Assembly: GCA_951406725.2 (NCBI GenBank)
Contig: OX597820.1
Location: 75,702,001-75,766,000, forward strand
Direction: 5' to 3'
Length of the DNA: 64,000 bases
Source of the DNA: Octopus vulgaris
Lineage: Eukaryota
Both the position numbers and the translations under genes were made by a program. This document shows positions 12,561 to 26,759 of this stretch, piece by piece. Each line of letters starts with the position of its first letter. Positions within the stretch are counted from its first letter, which is position 1. The notes under the pieces were generated by a model. The model did no database searches, had not been told where the DNA came from, and saw nothing but the letters and a program-made list of their open reading frames with translations.

Positions 12561-13645
12561 TATATGTGTATGTGTGTGTGTATGTGTGTGTGTATGTGTG
12601 TGTAGATATATATATATAATACACGTATATGTGCATGTATGTGCATGTATATTTGTCTGTGTACGAGAATAGAATGTATGTAGTTTGAAATGAGGGCGAA
12701 ATCAGATAGAATTCGGGGAAAAAAAGGTAAGCGTTGTTATGCAATATTCTATAAAATACGTCGATAGAGTTTTTGTACATATATAGTAAGCACTTAATCC
12801 TGCGTTTGTATGGTTCTTAATGTGATTTTTTAACATTTTTTTCTTGTCCTTCCGTGTATGAAATAAATAAGCATTTGGCGTGTTTCGAAGACTTAAATAC
12901 TAAAATGTTATACCAGTCTGCCATGTTACCTGTCAAAATTACAACACCAAAAAGCTATTTGTGGTTGAGATTATTTTGTTTTATTTTATGTTTTGCTGTT
13001 TCACTCTGCTAGCCATATTTCTTTTCGTTCTGTCCATGAAATTCGTAATAAATAAATAAATAAAAATTTTTTTCTAAAAAAACCAATGATTAAATGATAA
13101 AAATATAAATAAATAACAAACGAAGATGTCTTAGTCAGACTCGAATATTTGTTTGTTAATTACAAGGTCACCGACATCTGATTCTGATTTTTGTCCTCTC
13201 ACATTCTCTGCTTCTCTGTCGATTTTTCTCACCCCACTCTCTCTCTCACACACACACACGCACACATGTTCAACACACAATCATACCACACATACACACA
13301 CACACAAGCACAAGTATGTATATATATATATATATATATATTCAATCTTACTGAAGATATATCTAACCATGTATGTGTATATGTATGTATATATATATAT
13401 ATGCTGATATGGAGAGGGAGAGAGAATGAGAGAGAGAGAAAAAGGGAGAGATAAAACATAAATACATATTCATATGTATATCTTTGTGTGTACAAATACA
13501 TACACGTAAACGTGCGCATATACAGACACACACACACACAAACATATATATATAGATAGATAGATAAATAACTACACAGGTGTGCTTAAAATATACAAGC
13601 AAATATATATGTGTGTATATTTATATGTATGAATAAATACATATA

Positions 13646-13699
<54 letters not shown>

Positions 13700-14092
13700 C
13701 GCACGCAGACGCACACAAGCACACATATATACATATATACATCAGCATCTTGACAAAAATTGTCAATATTGCTTACCCTTCGTAATAAACGCTACCACTT
13801 TACTATTTTCTCAATATAAAAAATATTTTCAGAGAATTCACATAATTTTATTGATTTACCCCAGAAATTGTTAAAAAAATTCAACATTCTATTCAACAAA
13901 ATAGTTTTATATCATATTTATTTACATATTCTTAAAAAAGCTTTTGCATTCTAGAATTTTTTTTTATTTTTGTTACGTTTTTTTGGAAGTAATTTTTTAT
14001 CTCACTGTATAAAATCATGTATATGACATTTTTAGATTTTATATCTGATAGAATGTGATAAATTGTTGTTTTCGTTGTTGTTGTTGTTCTTA

Positions 14093-14167
<75 letters not shown>

Positions 14168-14169
14168 GC

Positions 14170-14345
14170 ACACAGGGTAAAATGTTTCTCGGCGTTTCGT
14201 CCGCTTTGACGCTCTGAGTTCACATTCTGTTTAGGTCAAATTTGCCTTTCATCATTTCGAGGCCGATAAACTTAAGTTCCAGTGGAACGCTGGGCTCTAT
14301 GTAATCGACTAGTCCCCTCCGCCAAGATTTCAAGCCTTGTGTCTT
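14170..14345 (+). mobile_element. SINE family B (diverged)
   Basis: CTCTGAGTTCACATT...GCCTTTCATCATTTCGAGGCCGATAAA...GTAATCGACTAGTCCCC. Confidence 0.7.
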
Positions 14346-14393
14346 TAGTCGAAAAGTATATTTTTGTTGTTATTGTTGTTGATGTTGTTGTTA

Positions 14394-14423
<30 letters not shown>

Positions 14424-14425
<2 letters not shown>

Positions 14426-14803
14426 GAGTGAGCGAGCAGAGCATGCCATCAAAGTGACACTGGGGTAAAATATACGAAGCCCAGTATATCCATCATGACT
14501 ACCCGTCTGATAAGGGTACACCAGGCACATGCATCACAACCATATGTGCGCGACATGGTGATCTCATATCAAGATAAACAGCACATGACTTTGCAGGTGG
14601 AGCCCAGTTAGAATTTTCTTCAGATCGAGTAACCCATCCCGCTCAAAAGGTCCCTGAATAAGGGTTGTTTAAGGACGTTGAACGAAACACCCATGTTTCC
14701 AGAGGTGAATTATTCAAACCCCAAAGAATCCTTCTCAACACATGGCAATGATGCTCCCCCACTACTTCTGCTCGTGATCAGAGATGCGCATATCGTCAGC
14801 CAC
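14424..14803. mobile_element. Non-coding interspersed element of about 380 bp inserted in (TTA/TAA)n
   Basis: Bounded by (TTA)n on both sides; a diverged second copy follows at 14875. Confidence 0.7.
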
Positions 14804-14864
<61 letters not shown>

Positions 14865-14874
14865 ATCATCATCA

Positions 14875-15170
14875 TTGAGTGAGAGAACAGTGCATGCCAT
14901 GAAAGTAACACTGGGGTACATTTAAGCCCAATATACCTATCATATCGTGACTACCCGTCTGATAAGGGTACACCAGGCACATGCATCACAGCCACATGTA
15001 CGCGACGTGGTGATCTTATCTCTAGATAAACAGTGCATGGCCTTGCAGTTGGAGCCCAGTTAGAATTTTCTTCAGCTTGAGTTTGTTTCTGGATGATGAA
15101 CAAAAAACCCCATGTTTCGAGAGGTGAATTATTCAAACCCTACTGCCTGGTATTGCATCAGGGCTACTAT
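14875..15170. mobile_element. Second, internally deleted copy of the (TAA)n-embedded element
   Basis: Shares GACTACCCGTCTGATAAGGGTACACCAGGCACATGCATCAC and GAGGTGAATTATTCAAACCC with 14424-14803. Confidence 0.7.
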
Positions 15171-16339
15171 TATTATTTGTACTTGGAAGAAGAGGTCGCT
15201 TGTTGCAGCTCTTATGCTTTGTTTGAATTTTGTTGCTTCAAAGTCTGGTTTTGCATTTTTGTTGGACTGTTTACTTTGCTTCAATTAAGTTGGCTTTGTG
15301 AAAATGTTGACCTGAAAGGGCAAAAGCAGAATTGATCAGCTCAAGGCATGGAAATGGTCATACAGGTAGGTCCTCAATGTATGGATATGATACCGGACCT
15401 CATTAATCAACCGGACTGCCTAAAATTATATATAGCTATCAAGACAAGAAGGTTAAATTGTCACTTAATGAAACCACCTCAAGGTTTTTAGCTCACCAGA
15501 AAAGTAAAAAGAGTGTTCACGTTTTCAATGACTCGTTCATCGCCGCCACATCATCAATTAAAAATACAACATCAGTCACATCATTCCCAGCAGCAGCAGA
15601 AAATACAGCAATAGTCCCCAGCAGAGGCAAGTGGGCACGACAACAACAAGAGTAAATTTAACAGCCGCGGAAACAGCAATAGTAATTGCAGTATTTAAAG
15701 CAGCAACAACTGCAACAACAAAATTGGACGCTACTAAAATAACAGGAAACAGCAACACAAACTCCCAAAACCAACAACAACAATGTCAGCAATACAACAC
15801 ACTAAAACTCCCCAAGATATTACCTCTCTCCGACTTACACCACACAGATATGTCATGTAGGGAAGATGACGAGAACACCAAATGGCAAATAATAACAAAG
15901 GCAACGAAAGGAAGAAGAAACAAAAATATTCCAATCCCCAAAACTGGAAGATACGAACAAACTGAGGAGGTGTCTTCAAACGATGATGCATCAACACCCG
16001 CTTCCACAACAACAGATACCTCAAAACAATCAACACCATCATCCGCATCATCAACACCGTTATTACAGGCACCTTTTATCACAAGCATAACGACACCAAT
16101 AATCAGGATACTTGCACCAACGGGGACAATGACACCAACATAAATACAAGCCATAATTAACTAATGGTGTACTTACCTGAATATGCTGACATCACACACG
16201 ACAACCACATCACATTAACCAATAATCCTTCCACTATACAGAGAAAATATTCACATTTCTCAAAAGACGTTGACCACGTTAAAACATAAATATCCTAAAC
16301 AATTCGAAGAATTTAGGTCCAACATAAACGAAGCTAATA

Positions 16340-18200
16340 TTCAATTCCCAAGCATGGCTATGATGCTTTTCAGTAGCACTTCGTTTGGTTGCTGGGACGA
16401 ACGACGGTCTAACGGAGAATGAGTTACACTGTCTATCTCGACGGCCTCTTGCGCCTCTCGGTGAAACAGGTGGAGCGTCGCGAAAAGCAGATAATAGCTG
16501 CAGAAATACGGGAAGCAATTGTTGGCTGCGTTAGGTGCAAATCGCCTGGTTTGGATGGTCTTCCTTACATGCTTTACTGTTATATGCCAGACTTGTTTGG
16601 AGAGCTCATGGCAGAAATCTACGGCTACTGGCAGCAACATCTTAGAACTCCTACTTCAGTGTTTCAAGCAGTGACGGTTTGCTAGTAAATAAATTGTACA
16701 AGGGAATCACATTGATAATTTTAGGACCATATCTCTACTAAACACAGATATTAAAATATTGGCGTTAGCAAAAAGGTTGGTGCTTGTGGTCAAGAGTCTA
16801 ATTTGGGGATTCGCAAACATGCTTCATTCTAAGAAATGTATCGACGACACTACATCTCATTCGGTGCATCATAGAAAGGGTGTGTAATGAAGCTGGAATG
16901 GGTGACGCTCTGATGAATTTAACTCAATTTAAACCTTTCGATAGGGTCGACCAGTAATGCTTGGCGGCTTTTCTCACTGCAGCCGACTTCGTTGCCACCT
17001 TCCCCAATTGGGTTACTGCAACACATTCACCAGATTGGCACTGTTGCAAAGGAATGAGGCGGTGACAGGAGCAATCTTCAAACTAAATAACTCAATAGCT
17101 CCAGAGCTCTCCACCAGGAGGGACAAGTGCATGTTGTCCATCAGTGTTATGGAACGCTGAACGGTTAAACGGATAGCATTTCTTTAGGTCTGTGTCGGTC
17201 AGAAATATCAAGTGGAGAAATGGGACAAGGTGACAAATAAGGTAGCCACTCACGCCATGAAGTGGACCCAGAGAAAGCTTTTGTGAAAGTCCGGGCCGAG
17301 GTGACGAAAGCATATATCAGCCCCATCACATACAAACGACTGACCGTCGTGTCTTGTCCCTGTTCACGTCTGGTCAGATTGGAGCGCATTATCTTTCACT
17401 TATTATGGAAGGAACGCGTTCTGTTGCTAAACCACTCCATTTCTTGTCACAACTGCTGAGTTGAGAACTGGGTAAGCTGTGGTTGATGATGCACAGACAT
17501 GGATAAGCACTGCAATATCTCCAGCGTGTTCTTAACGGCAAGTTCTGATCGCCGTTACTCGCTTTTCCGAAGCTCGTCTCCTTGATTGAGCTGCAATACT
17601 TAATCAAACGAAGCTCAAGCAGGGGTTTACCTTCCAGAAGGCCGTTAGGTGCTCACAGCTCTCTTCCAGTAGATCAAAGTGGTCGATGAAAGTTTCGCTT
17701 TGGTGTTCTATATAATTTCAGTGCCGGGCAAGAGTGATGTTCTCGTGGAAACCTTTGGCATCGAAGTGAATCAATTTCTCGGCCTCTTCCGGCGAACCTT
17801 CGAAACGATGCGCATAAATAATTTCCAGTATCTCTTGCCTCCTGGCAGTACTACAAAGGATTTAGGTTATTGCCTGTTCAAAATAAACTTTACAGGTATG
17901 GAATTGCCGCCAGACAAGCCTGCTCAAAGTGCGTGCTGAGCGACGAAACTCTTCTGCATGCACTCGTCATGTGCTCGAGCATTGCAGTTTTGTGCTTTAA
18001 CGGCTGCTCAGAACCAGCTATCGGCTGAGTCTAAAGTGAAGGTTGCCCCACCGCCTTATTTTGGCCGGGAAGGACAGGCAGTTTTATCCGTCTAGTGGAC
18101 TTAGCAAAATAGACAGTGTGGTGGAAAAGAGTGAATCTAGATACCTTATTCTTTGGCCAACTCCGTTGCAGGTGCATGCTGACCGACAGCGTCGTAACGT
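16340..18200 (+). pseudogene. Decayed L1/Tx1-clade non-LTR retrotransposon ORF2 (RT and C-terminal CCHC)
   Basis: KSPGLDGLP in ORF 16419-16685, DNFRTISLLNTDIKILA near 16714-16765, FDRVD near 16935, CSKC..DETLLHALVMC near 17930-17975. Many stops and frameshifts. Confidence 0.75.
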
Positions 18201-18639
18201 GAGGGACGGAAGGACCGGTTAAATAGCACCGGATTTGGTCTGGGCTTCCAAATGGACATGAACTTGGTGGGGAAGGTGACACGAGCAGGAGAGCAAGGAG
18301 GAAGCTGTTCTTCAAGAAAGCTGTTCTTCAAGGAAGTTATTCTCCAAGGAAGCATTCATCATCTATTACCGCCGGACCATCCTCCCTTGCCTTGCTTCGA
18401 TACTAATCGAGATGGAGCGCTTGACCTTCCGCTTTCTGTGCAAGGACGTATTCCGCTTGTCAGATATTCTATCAGCTGTCAGCAGCCGTCGAGTGAAGGA
18501 TCGGTTTAGCCGTGACTAGTGATGGGCACACATGTACTGAGGCTGTCACATCTCTAGGGTTTCCTTGACAGTGAGCAGGTGTGGTTGCTGTTTGTCAGAC
18601 AGGGTTTTCCATAACTCGCCACATTGACGGTATATATAG

Positions 18640-19230
18640 TCCTGAGTATCGGAAAGCGCTTTCAGTCCTCTGCCAGTCAGGCAATTTAGTCGGTGAATGT
18701 TCCACATTGGGGGTTAGTGGCAGGCAAGTGCAATGACATATTCGGGGTAACTTTGGGCGTTGGTAGAGGTCAACAAGCTGGTCTTCTCTGGGGGCTTTCA
18801 GGCCAAGGCCTATGGTTAATTTTCAGAAATCTCTGGTCTGAAAGTGCAAGAAAAGGGCGCTGTTGGTTCTAGAAAGCTCTACAGGAACGGAAGTGTTGTC
18901 AGACGGAATTGTCCGAGATGTGCGCAGGGCGATGAAACGTTTCTACATGTACTTGTCCAGTGTCCGGACATTGCGGACTTGTGAGGATTAGTCGAACAGC
19001 TGTTGATGCGTGTGGGAGAAATCCGGTTATCGACGAAGTCCATCGTGTCGATCGCCCCGCGGTTTTCTTTTAGCTAAGAAGAGCACGCTGTGTTTCCCTA
19101 TTTAGTGGACATGCCAAAACAAGTAGTGTGGTAGACTGAAGACAAATACTTTCCTCTTCGTCCAGCCCTTTATCAACTGTTTGAAATTTCACTTGGAAAG
19201 GAAAGTGATGGTAGAAAGTAATGTGTGTAT
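18640..19230 (+). pseudogene. Second Tx1-like ORF2 3' fragment
   Basis: CPRCAQGDETFLHVLVQC zinc knuckle near 18910-18965; paralogous to about 17640-18180. Confidence 0.65.
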
Positions 19231-19406
19231 CAATATATATATATATATATATATACCTTCCTCTCCTTCTCCTCGGTATTTTTGTTTAGAGGTGGGTGAA
19301 TGTGGAGAGGATTGCCTGCATGAATGAGCCTAGACTGAACACATGCTTGTAAGCCAGAGGAGTTGAGAAGAAAGAGAGGCACTATCATCATCATCATTGT
19401 CATCAA

Positions 19407-19476
<70 letters not shown>

Positions 19477-19493
19477 GTTGTTGTTGTTATTCA

Positions 19494-19675
19494 GGCGGCG
19501 AAATGGCAGAATCGTTAGCATGCCGAGCAAAATGCTTAGCACCATCTCGCCGAGTTCAAATTCAGCCGAGGTCGACTTTGCTGTCATCCTCTCGGGGTCA
19601 ATAAATTAAATACTATTGAAACACTGGGGTCAATGTAATCGACTTAACTCCTCCTCCAAAATTTCAGGCCTTGTG
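19494..19675 (+). mobile_element. SINE family B
   Basis: GGCGGCGAAATGGCAGAATCGTTAGC head, GAGTTCAAATT B-box-like motif, inserted in (TTA)n. Confidence 0.8.
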
Positions 19676-20315
19676 AAAAGATTATTATTATTATTGTTGT
19701 TGTTGTAGTTGTTGGTTGTGGTGGTTTTAACTTTTAGTGTATTTAAATTTTCCATTCTGTCAACGGGAAGTTTGAATATCTGACATTGAATCGTGTTATG
19801 TTTTGTAATAAAGAGAAAGTGAGAAAAAGAAATTGGTATAAAAATAGAAAAATGAAAGTCAAGTATCGTGAAAACAGGTCCTTCTTGTAATTATAAGCCA
19901 GTTTGGCACCGCCGTTTAAGGTCAGCGCAAACGTTTTTCACAGCAGAATATAAAATTCTCTAGAATTATTTTGGAAGAAATGTCGATTTAATTCTGAGAT
20001 CAGGACTGTATTTTAGAAGCAATTTTTGTAGAATGTTGCTTTCATATATGTGTTTAAATCTGCGCAATATAAGTGTTTGCGTGTGAGCGCACACGCGTGC
20101 TCGTGTTTGTGAGAGGGTGTGGGAGAGAAAGTGTGTGTCTGGATGTGAGCACGGCGTGCGTATGTGCGTCTGTATGTGCAAGTATGTGCGCTTATGTGTG
20201 TGTGATTGTGTGTGTGCGTGGGTGTATATATATATTATGTATGCATATATATATACACTCAAACACACACGCAAATATACATATATATATACACATGTAT
20301 GTATATATATATATG

Positions 20316-20378
<63 letters not shown>

Positions 20379-20423
20379 ACATCCGAACTCGGAGTTTTAT
20401 CATGGCTACCGAATAATTGTCTC

Positions 20424-20461
<38 letters not shown>

Positions 20462-21059
20462 ATGTATGTAAGTAGTAAGAGAGAGAGAGAGAGATAGAAA
20501 GACAGAGAGAGAGATATATATAGACAGACAGACAGATAACTAGATAGATATACACATATATGTTTAAAACCCTATTTCGAGGCGATACTCCAGCATGGCC
20601 GCAATCAAAGGACTGAAATAAGTAGAAGAGTAAAAGAATATGTGGATGGATGAGAAAATAGATGGGCAGATGAGTGAGAAGGTGGGTGGATAGAGGGACA
20701 TATGTGTAGCGTGGGTAGCCTGAGTAGCTATGGTACGGGAAAACTATGCTCTTGCTTTCTAAAACGCTAATATTGGTTTGAAAATGCAGAACTGTCTTTC
20801 TCGAACCTCGAGATACTACATGGAAATTTTATGTTGGACAAAATAAAAAGAGCTATTTTTTTGAAAGAAGATATTCACACAGTCGACCAGTTTCGGTTAT
20901 GCTAACTATGATTCAGTAGGTAGAGATAATGTTACAATTTTATGTCATCATAAGTTTTCATTCTATGTTTGTCAAAGTAAGGCTATTTTGTAAATGAACC
21001 AGGAGGAGGATACTTTTTAGGAGAGTTAATCAGTGATTGCGATTATTAGAATCAGAGGC

Positions 21060-21100
<41 letters not shown>

Positions 21101-21113
21101 GATATATATATAT

Positions 21114-21172
<59 letters not shown>

Positions 21173-21197
21173 CTGTCGGCCGCAAATACTCAAAGTA

Positions 21198-22476
21198 CGA
21201 GGGACGTTCAATAAGTAATGCCTCTGACCCACTTACAGTTGTTTAATCTAGCTGAAATGTTGCATGTGCAATTATTTATATCTCTATAGATTAAGTGGCA
21301 AATTACAGCTCTGAACTAATTGGGATTTCTGATTTACAGGTGTTTGAACTGAGTCAAGTGTGAAATGGAGCCTGTTGAGTGTCGAGCAGTGATCCGGTTT
21401 TTGTATTTGAAAGGACGCACACCACGGGAGACTTTTAATGAAATGAAAGTAACTTAAGGTGATGATGCCCCATCATATGACCTTGTAAAACGCTGGCATC
21501 GTGAATTCAAACATGGTTGGAACTCTGTGGAAACAGCTCCCAGATCTGGTCGCCCCCCTTCTGCCATTGATGAGGCATCTGTCTGTCAAGTTGAGGCTGC
21601 CATTTTGGAAGATCGACGCATAACTATTCGCCAAATAGCACATGAGGTCAAGATTAGTACCAGGTCTGTGGAAAATATCATTCATGACCATTTGCATATG
21701 CAAAAGGTGTCTGCCAGATGGAATCCCAGGTTGCTCACACCTTTCCAGAAGCAAGAACGCGTCGAGTGCTCGAGGATGAATTTGGAGATGTGCCAAGAAG
21801 ATGAGTCAAAATTTTTCAAAAGACTGATTACACAGGATGAAACCTGGGTCCATCACTATGATCCAGAGACCAAAGTCCAGTCAATGCAATGGAAGCACCG
21901 TGACTCACCTCCTACAAAGAAGGCAAGGGTGCAGCCCTCCTCTGGCAAGGTCATACTCACAATCTTCTGGGACCAGGACGGAGTAGTGATGACAGATTTC
22001 CTGGCAAAGGGTACCACAATTACAGGAGTCTATTATGCTTCACTTTTGAGGACATTAAGAGAAGCTATCAAAATCAAGAGGCGGGGCAAGATCAGCAAAG
22101 GCATCCTCCTCCTGCAGGACAACGCTCCGGTCCACAACTCACGTGTCGCCAGATCAGAAGCACAGGCGTGCCCCCCATCCCCCCTACTCTCCTGATCTTG
22201 CACCCTCTGATTTTCACCTCTTCCCAGCCATGAAGTTGTTTTTGAAAGAAAAGCGTTTCCCAGACGATGCAGCCTTGATTTCTGAAGTCACGTCGTGGTT
22301 GGAGGACCAAGCTGGGGTCTTCTACACAAACGGTCTCCAGAGCTGCATCAAACGATGGGAGAAATGCGTAACTCTGGGTGGTTCCTATGTAGAAAAAGAC
22401 TAATAACTGTGCCAAGTTTCGTTGCTCTACTACTATGGGAAGTGAGTCAGGGGCATTACTTATTGAACGCCCCTCG
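21198..22476 (+). mobile_element. Full-length mariner (DD34D-type) DNA transposon
   Basis: TIRs CGAGGG(A/G)CGTTCAATAAGTAATGCC(T/C)CTGAC at both ends, TA TSDs at 21196-21197 and 22477-22478, about 1.28 kb. Confidence 0.95.
21365..22403 (+). pseudogene. Mariner transposase pseudogene
   Basis: MEPVECRAVIRFL..., WNPRLL (WVPREL-like), TQDETWVHHYDPE, LQDNAPVH, HPPYSPDLAPSDFHLF. In-frame TAA near 21455 and a frameshifting deletion near 22170. Confidence 0.9.
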
Positions 22477-24158
22477 TATGTGCTTTGCTTGCTCACCGCT
22501 ACGCGGTGGGGATCACTCGCTAAAAGCATTGCGTGTTAAAACACCCGTCAGAGTCAGAGTCAGATGAGACAATTCGCCCTTAATCCAATTCAGAAGTGAT
22601 GGATACCGATATTTCAGAATTTTTATGGCTCAACATCATGAAAGCTGATAAAATCTTGATGTATATTTCAGTAATCAAAATTTGATTAAATATTTTAAAA
22701 TTCTTAGTAATTGTATAAAAATTATCAGGAATAAATTTAATTATAATCACTGCAGAGACCTCTAGAAAACGTGAGAACACATCTAAACTTGCAAGATATG
22801 TTACGCATTACGAATTAACGCTTATACATAAGTTTCGCTTTCTTTTTTGGCAATGAATAGCAAAGCTCGTCTTAAGAAATGCAGTGTCGCTCACAGATCT
22901 GCTACGACTCCTGTTTATTTCGTCCTGTCAGAATGGAACTGACCTTTGCTGTACAGTTTATATGTTCTTAAGCTGAAACTGTAAACCATATTATAAACAC
23001 GTTTTGTGTTAGGTTTAGCGATTTAGTGCGAAATACTTACAAGATTCTGATGAAAACTAGTTACATCAGATTTCTTTACATCTTAAATATCATTCGTAAC
23101 AGCGGTGTTTCAATAAGAAGTATTTGCGGAATATTTGGAACCTGAAAACAAAGAGTCACTTCATAATTCTGATGCCTGCCATACAAAATATTTGGCTCAC
23201 CCAATTCTTTTGTGGACATCCCGAAAATATTTCAAGCAAAGGATCACACACTACAAGAAAGACCCTTGTACCAATAATACTTAAAAGCATCTACCTACCT
23301 ATCTGTGTGTGAGAGTGAGCGTATATGTGTGTTGATGTGCGTGTATGTATGTACTTGTGTTGATGTCTGTCTATGTATGTATGGCGTTTCGACAGCGTGT
23401 TTGATTTAGAGACACGTAGTAGGGACACACGCATGTTCTGAAGACGGAGAAGCACGCCCACACAAGTACATACACACACACACACACACACGAATATATG
23501 TGTTTATATAAACGTACGTTGAAAGTTCTGTGCGAATGCATGCACATGACCGGGTGAACACTCACACGGGTGTATGCGGTGTGTCTGCGTTTAAGAACTG
23601 ATGGGAAAAAGAGATACAAGTAGAAAAATATTGAGAAAAATTATGATGACACGTTTACACAGATGTGAATTTCCGCATTCAACTCACATCTCTCAATGAA
23701 AAGTGTTGCTTTGTAAATATGTGTGAGTGTGTGTGTGTATGCACGTATGTATGTATGTATGTATGTATGTATGTATGTATGTATGTATGTATGTATGTAT
23801 GTATGTATGTATGTATGTATAAATATACATGTATCTATCTATTTATCAATCAATCTATCTATATATATATATGTATATATATACATATGTGTGTGTGTGT
23901 GTGTGTATTTATATATGTATATATATATATGAATGTCTGCATATATGTATATATGTGTGTATAGATGTATGTATGTGATTGCGTGCGTGTTTGAGTAGAT
24001 GCATACAAATATATTTGTATATGTATATTTATATTTATATACATTTATTCGTGTAGATATACGCATATACATTTGTATATAAAAGTGCGTGTATGTATCA
24101 TATATATAAATACACACACATACCAATGCACGAATGCATACATACGTACATACATACA

Positions 24159-24192
<34 letters not shown>

Positions 24193-24637
24193 CATTCATA
24201 TATAATAACAGTTTTATGTTTAATTCCATAACATCGCCACCAGCCGTAAGTTATGTTTTCACTATCTGTCATCGTAACTGCACTGGAGTAGTAAACAACC
24301 TTATGGTTGACATTTAAACCGAGCAGATTTTTTTGGTTTACCCCTCTCATCCGCAGTCCCCCCCCCCACTTCACCTATACAGCCTAGCATCATACCAACT
24401 GGTTCTAAGTTAACAAATCGCTGCAGGTTATGATCCCACCAGAAAAAAAACGAAAACAGATCTACAAAAACAATATGTTTGCCTCTGTTAAGAAAACACT
24501 TGGTTTCCTAATGTCGAGAGGGAGAGAGAGATAGGGAGGGAGAGAGAGAGGGAGAGAGAGAGATTGAGCGACAACTAAAGAAAGCTATTTCTTTCGACAG
24601 TAAAAATAATGTAAAAGGTAAAAATAGCATAATGATG

Positions 24638-24786
<149 letters not shown>

Positions 24787-25013
24787 TATAATAATAATAA
24801 TAATAAAGCTGAAATAAATTCTTGATCATTTTTCATTGTTGGTCTTCTCTGTTCGACTGGTATTAAAAGGCCTGGAGAAAGAGAAAAGGTTACACCCCGC
24901 ACACACAAACAGCCCCCCCACACACACACAAACACACACGCATGCACACCCCTACACACCACATGTACACACACACGCATGTACACCCCTACGCAACACA
25001 TATACACACACAG

Positions 25014-25073
<60 letters not shown>

Positions 25074-25097
25074 ATTTATGTATGTATATATATGTAC

Positions 25098-25205
<108 letters not shown>

Positions 25206-25813
25206 GTACGTACATTTACATGCATGTGCACGTCTGTGTCTGTATACATGTATGTATATAAACGGATGAAATGTTGAGATAGTAAAAGTCTAGAGAAAGT
25301 ACAATAGACGAAAGGTTATCTCTGGGAATGTTTCTTAGATAAAAGAATGCCTTCCTTTTTGCGCGCCAATTGTTGTTCTCTCCGGCTGCTTGTGAAATGT
25401 TATTTCATGTGTTTTCCGAATAACGCCTCTTATCTGCCATAGCCTCGCCGTTTCGCTGTCGTCCTCGTCTTCATCACCCATCATAGACGTCATCAGCACC
25501 CTCTTCGTCGTCGTGTTATCATCATCATCATCATCGTAAACATTCACTCAAGCAGCATCGATGCCACCGTAAGCGACAGCACCACCAGCTTCATATGCAG
25601 CAGCAGCAGCAGCAACAAAAACAGAGACCAACGCCGAGATTTTTTTTTTCGTCAACTTTATCTATCGGTGGAATCGGGAGAAGCAAATGGTAAGTGGAAA
25701 CAGAATGTGTGTGGCTTTGAGTCTTTATACTCTGGGTTCAAATCCCGTCAAAAATCTATGAAGACAAATATCAGTTAAGCACAGTTATTAATACAATAGA
25801 TTATTCCCGTTAT

Positions 25814-26026
25814 TTACTCTTTTACTTATTTCAGTCATCTGACTGCGGCCATGCTGGAGCACCGCCTTTAGTCGACCAAATCGACCCCAGTACTTATTCT
25901 TTGTAAACCTAGTACATATTCTATCGGACACTTTTGCCGAACCACTAAATTACGGGGACGTAAACACATCACTATCGGCTGTCAAGCGATGTTGGGTGGT
26001 GGGGACAAACACAGACACACATACAT

Positions 26027-26059
<33 letters not shown>

Positions 26060-26223
26060 CGACGGGATTCTTTCAGTTTCCGTCTACCAAATCCACTCGC
26101 ATGGCTTTGGTCGGTCTGAGGCTACAGTTGAAGACAATTGCCCAAGGTGCCACGCAGTGGGAATGAACCCGGAACCATGTGCTTGGTAAGTAAGCAACTT
26201 ACCACACTCCCACTCCTGCTCCT
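25814..26223 (-). mobile_element. SINE family A
   Basis: Reverse complement of the family A consensus, with tail at 25814. Confidence 0.85.
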
Positions 26224-26354
26224 ATTTCATAAATATCGTTTTCAAATTTTGGTACAAGGCCTGCAATTTCGGTGATGGTGGCGGTGGTGGTGGTGGGGTA
26301 GTGCTTGAATCAATTACATCGAACCTAGTGCTCAGCTGGCACTTGAACTCAGAA

Positions 26355-26725
26355 CGGCGACATTTGAACCACATAGCCTATAATTCCGGGTCCAGTCTTA
26401 CTGCGTGGCACCTGGGAAAATATCTTCTTCTAAAGCCATGGTCAGACCAAAGCCTTCTGAATGGATTTAGTAGATGGGAACTAAAAGATGACCCTCGTAT
26501 GTGTGTGTGTCCTTGTGTCTGTGTTTGTCCCCCTACCACCGCTTGACACCCGTTGTTGGTATTTTTACGTCCCAATAACTTAGCCGTTGAGCAAAGGACG
26601 AAAGAATAAGTACTGTGCTTTGAAAAAATAAGTACTGTGTTTTATTCATTCGACTAAGAATCATTCAGAGCCGTGCTACAGCATAGCCGCAGTCTAATGA
26701 TTAAAACAAGTAAAAAATAAAGAGA
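26355..26725 (+). mobile_element. SINE family A (diverged)
   Basis: CTGCGTGGCACCTGGGAAAATATCTTC...CATAGCCGCAGTCTAATGATTAAAACAAGTAAAA. Confidence 0.75.
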
Positions 26726-26759
26726 TAACAATTTTGTTTGGTGCGGTAACGATTCTTTT

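Noticed and set aside
15280-16260. Thr/Ser/Gln-rich ORFs upstream of the Tx1-like RT, possibly an ORF1 remnant
   Set aside because: No clear zinc knuckle or other motif; low complexity.
20880-20920. Minus-strand GTTA gca TAAC c GAAAC TG GTC motif
   Set aside because: No correctly spaced CUGANGA core or stem I.
23043-23070. CTGATGAAAACTAGTT
   Set aside because: Lacks stem II and a separate GAAA; not a hammerhead.
25339-25689. GC-richer segment bounded by AG and GTAAGT, a possible exon
   Set aside because: Stops seen on the plus strand and no supported coding frame; cannot be called without transcript data.
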